From positions 35,976-99,975 of the forward strand of contig JBEBGL010000007.1 of the NCBI GenBank assembly GCA_040081465.1: a stretch of DNA of 64,000 bases, read 5' to 3'. Position 1 is the stretch's first letter. Each line of letters starts with the position of its first letter. The position numbers and the translations under genes are program-made. The DNA comes from Ilumatobacteraceae bacterium (GTDB lineage: Bacteria > Actinomycetota > Acidimicrobiia > Acidimicrobiales > Ilumatobacteraceae). Shown piece by piece: positions 63,086 through 64,000 of the stretch. A model generated the notes under the pieces. That model was not told where the DNA came from. It did not search any database and was given only the letters and a program-made list of their open reading frames with translations.

Positions 63086-64000
63086 ATGAGTCAAGCGCTA
63101 GTCAGTTTCACCATTCCGCTGATCGACTTCGAGGTACCGCTCAGCATTGTGATCATTGGTCTGATCCGCGGATTGATCTACGCGCTGCTCGGAATCGGCA
63201 TCACGCTTGTTTACCGATCGTCACGCGTCATCAACTTTGCTCACGGCGAGATGGGTGCGCTGCCCGCTCTGTTGATTCCGATCTTCGTCATCAACTTGGG
63301 CTGGCCTTACTTCCTCGCACTCGGACTCGCGCTGGTTGCCTCCGCAGTTCTCGGCGGAGCATTCGAGTTCAGCATCGTGCGCCCATTGCGCAAGGCGTCG
63401 CGACTGACAGTGCTAGTCGCGACTATTGGTGCCGCGCAGCTTCTGTTTTTCGCCGGCGCGCTATTGCCGAAGGGCGGCGGAGATCTTGCCGGCAAGAGCT
63501 ACCCGACACCGTTCAAGGGCTCACTCAAGATCGGCGACCTCACACTGACTTCCGGTGACTTGACCATTCTCGTTGCCGTTCCAATCCTGACGATCGCACT
63601 TGCCACGTTCCTCGGCACAAGCAAGTTGGGCAAGGCAACACGCGCGTCTGCCGAGAACTCGGATGCCGCTCGTCTCGCGGGAATCCCCGTCGAACGCGTG
63701 TCGCTAGCGATCTGGACAATTGCCGGGCTACTCGCGGGTATCTCGGCGATTCTGATCGGACCAACGCGACCACTAAGCCTGAGTGCGGCGCTCGGCCCAA
63801 TCCTCATGCTGCGCGCGCTCGCGTCCTCGATGCTCGGCGGATTGCATGGCTTCTTCGCCGTGTTCGCGGCTGGCCTGGGAATTGGTCTGCTCGAGAACCT
63901 GGTGATCTGGAACTATCCGATCGGTGGCGCGCTCGACATCGTGTTCCTGGTCGCGATCGCACTCAGCTTCCTTTTGAAGAAGGGGCTCGGGAACCTCGTT
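63086..64000 (+). CDS. Branched-chain amino acid ABC transporter permease (LivH-type), 3' end outside window
   Basis: My own translation from ATG 63086 reads MSQALVSFTIPLIDFEVPLSIVIIGLIRGLIYALLGIGITLVYRSSRVINFAHGEMG..., open to the window end. It is absent from the ORF track because there is no stop codon. Confidence 0.85.
   Translation, partial: MSQALVSFTIPLIDFEVPLSIVIIGLIRGLIYALLGIGITLVYRSSRVINFAHGEMGALPALLIPIFVINLGWPYFLALGLALVASAVLGGAFEFSIVRPLRKASRLTVLVATIGAAQLLFFAGALLPKGGGDLAGKSYPTPFKGSLKIGDLTLTSGDLTILVAVPILTIALATFLGTSKLGKATRASAENSDAARLAGIPVERVSLAIWTIAGLLAGISAILIGPTRPLSLSAALGPILMLRALASSMLGGLHGFFAVFAAGLGIGLLENLVIWNYPIGGALDIVFLVAIALSFLLKKGLGNLV

Overview
High-GC, actinobacterial-type chromosomal segment (taxon inferred from gene content and codon style; no database search was run). 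It is densely coded, about 70 genes. Many genes have 1-4 nt stop/start overlaps. Many long ORFs in the track are antisense artefacts of the high GC. All family calls below come from motifs read in the translated ORFs, not from searches. Layout: 1-11.3 kb is housekeeping and stress genes (FtsX-type ABC permease, 1-Cys peroxiredoxin, ArsR, an ECF-sigma operon, SDR, a P-type ATPase followed by two glutathione peroxidases). 15.5-23.8 kb holds Amt, a GntR/FadR regulator and CoA-transferase/amidohydrolase genes. 26.5-54.6 kb and 57-64 kb form a large CoA-ester catabolic supercluster (thiolase/DUF35, malate synthase G, acyl-CoA ligase, enoyl-CoA hydratases, acyl-CoA dehydrogenases, aldehyde dehydrogenase, P450, Liv-type ABC parts). 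Five things stand out. (1) The second glutathione peroxidase (7539..8003, minus) has an in-frame TGA exactly at the catalytic Cys/Sec position, followed by a SECIS-like hairpin, so it is a probable selenoprotein that the ORF track splits. (2) A lower-GC four-gene island without an integrase lies directly 3' of tRNA-Arg(CCU), at 11.4-15.5 kb. It carries a stand-alone FtsH-type M41 protease domain, DUF4238 and two unknowns. (3) A lower-GC insertion at 23.8-26.5 kb carries a DUF262 (ParB-like, DGKQR motif) gene next to a small HEPN-like (RDPAVH = Rx4H) gene, a candidate two-gene defence or conflict module. (4) A roughly 45-nt C-rich repeat family has four direct copies at 55.09-57.07 kb and one inverted copy at 37.3 kb. 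The direct copies bracket two single-gene modules of foreign composition (adenine/adenosine deaminase and a P-loop kinase) in a cassette-array-like layout that is not a classical integron. (5) A 16-bp quasi-palindrome (ideal ATTCAGTATACTGAAT) recurs in at least six promoter regions of the catabolic cluster, which suggests one repressor regulon. An MFS::LivF-type ATPase fusion (60464..62656) is also unusual.
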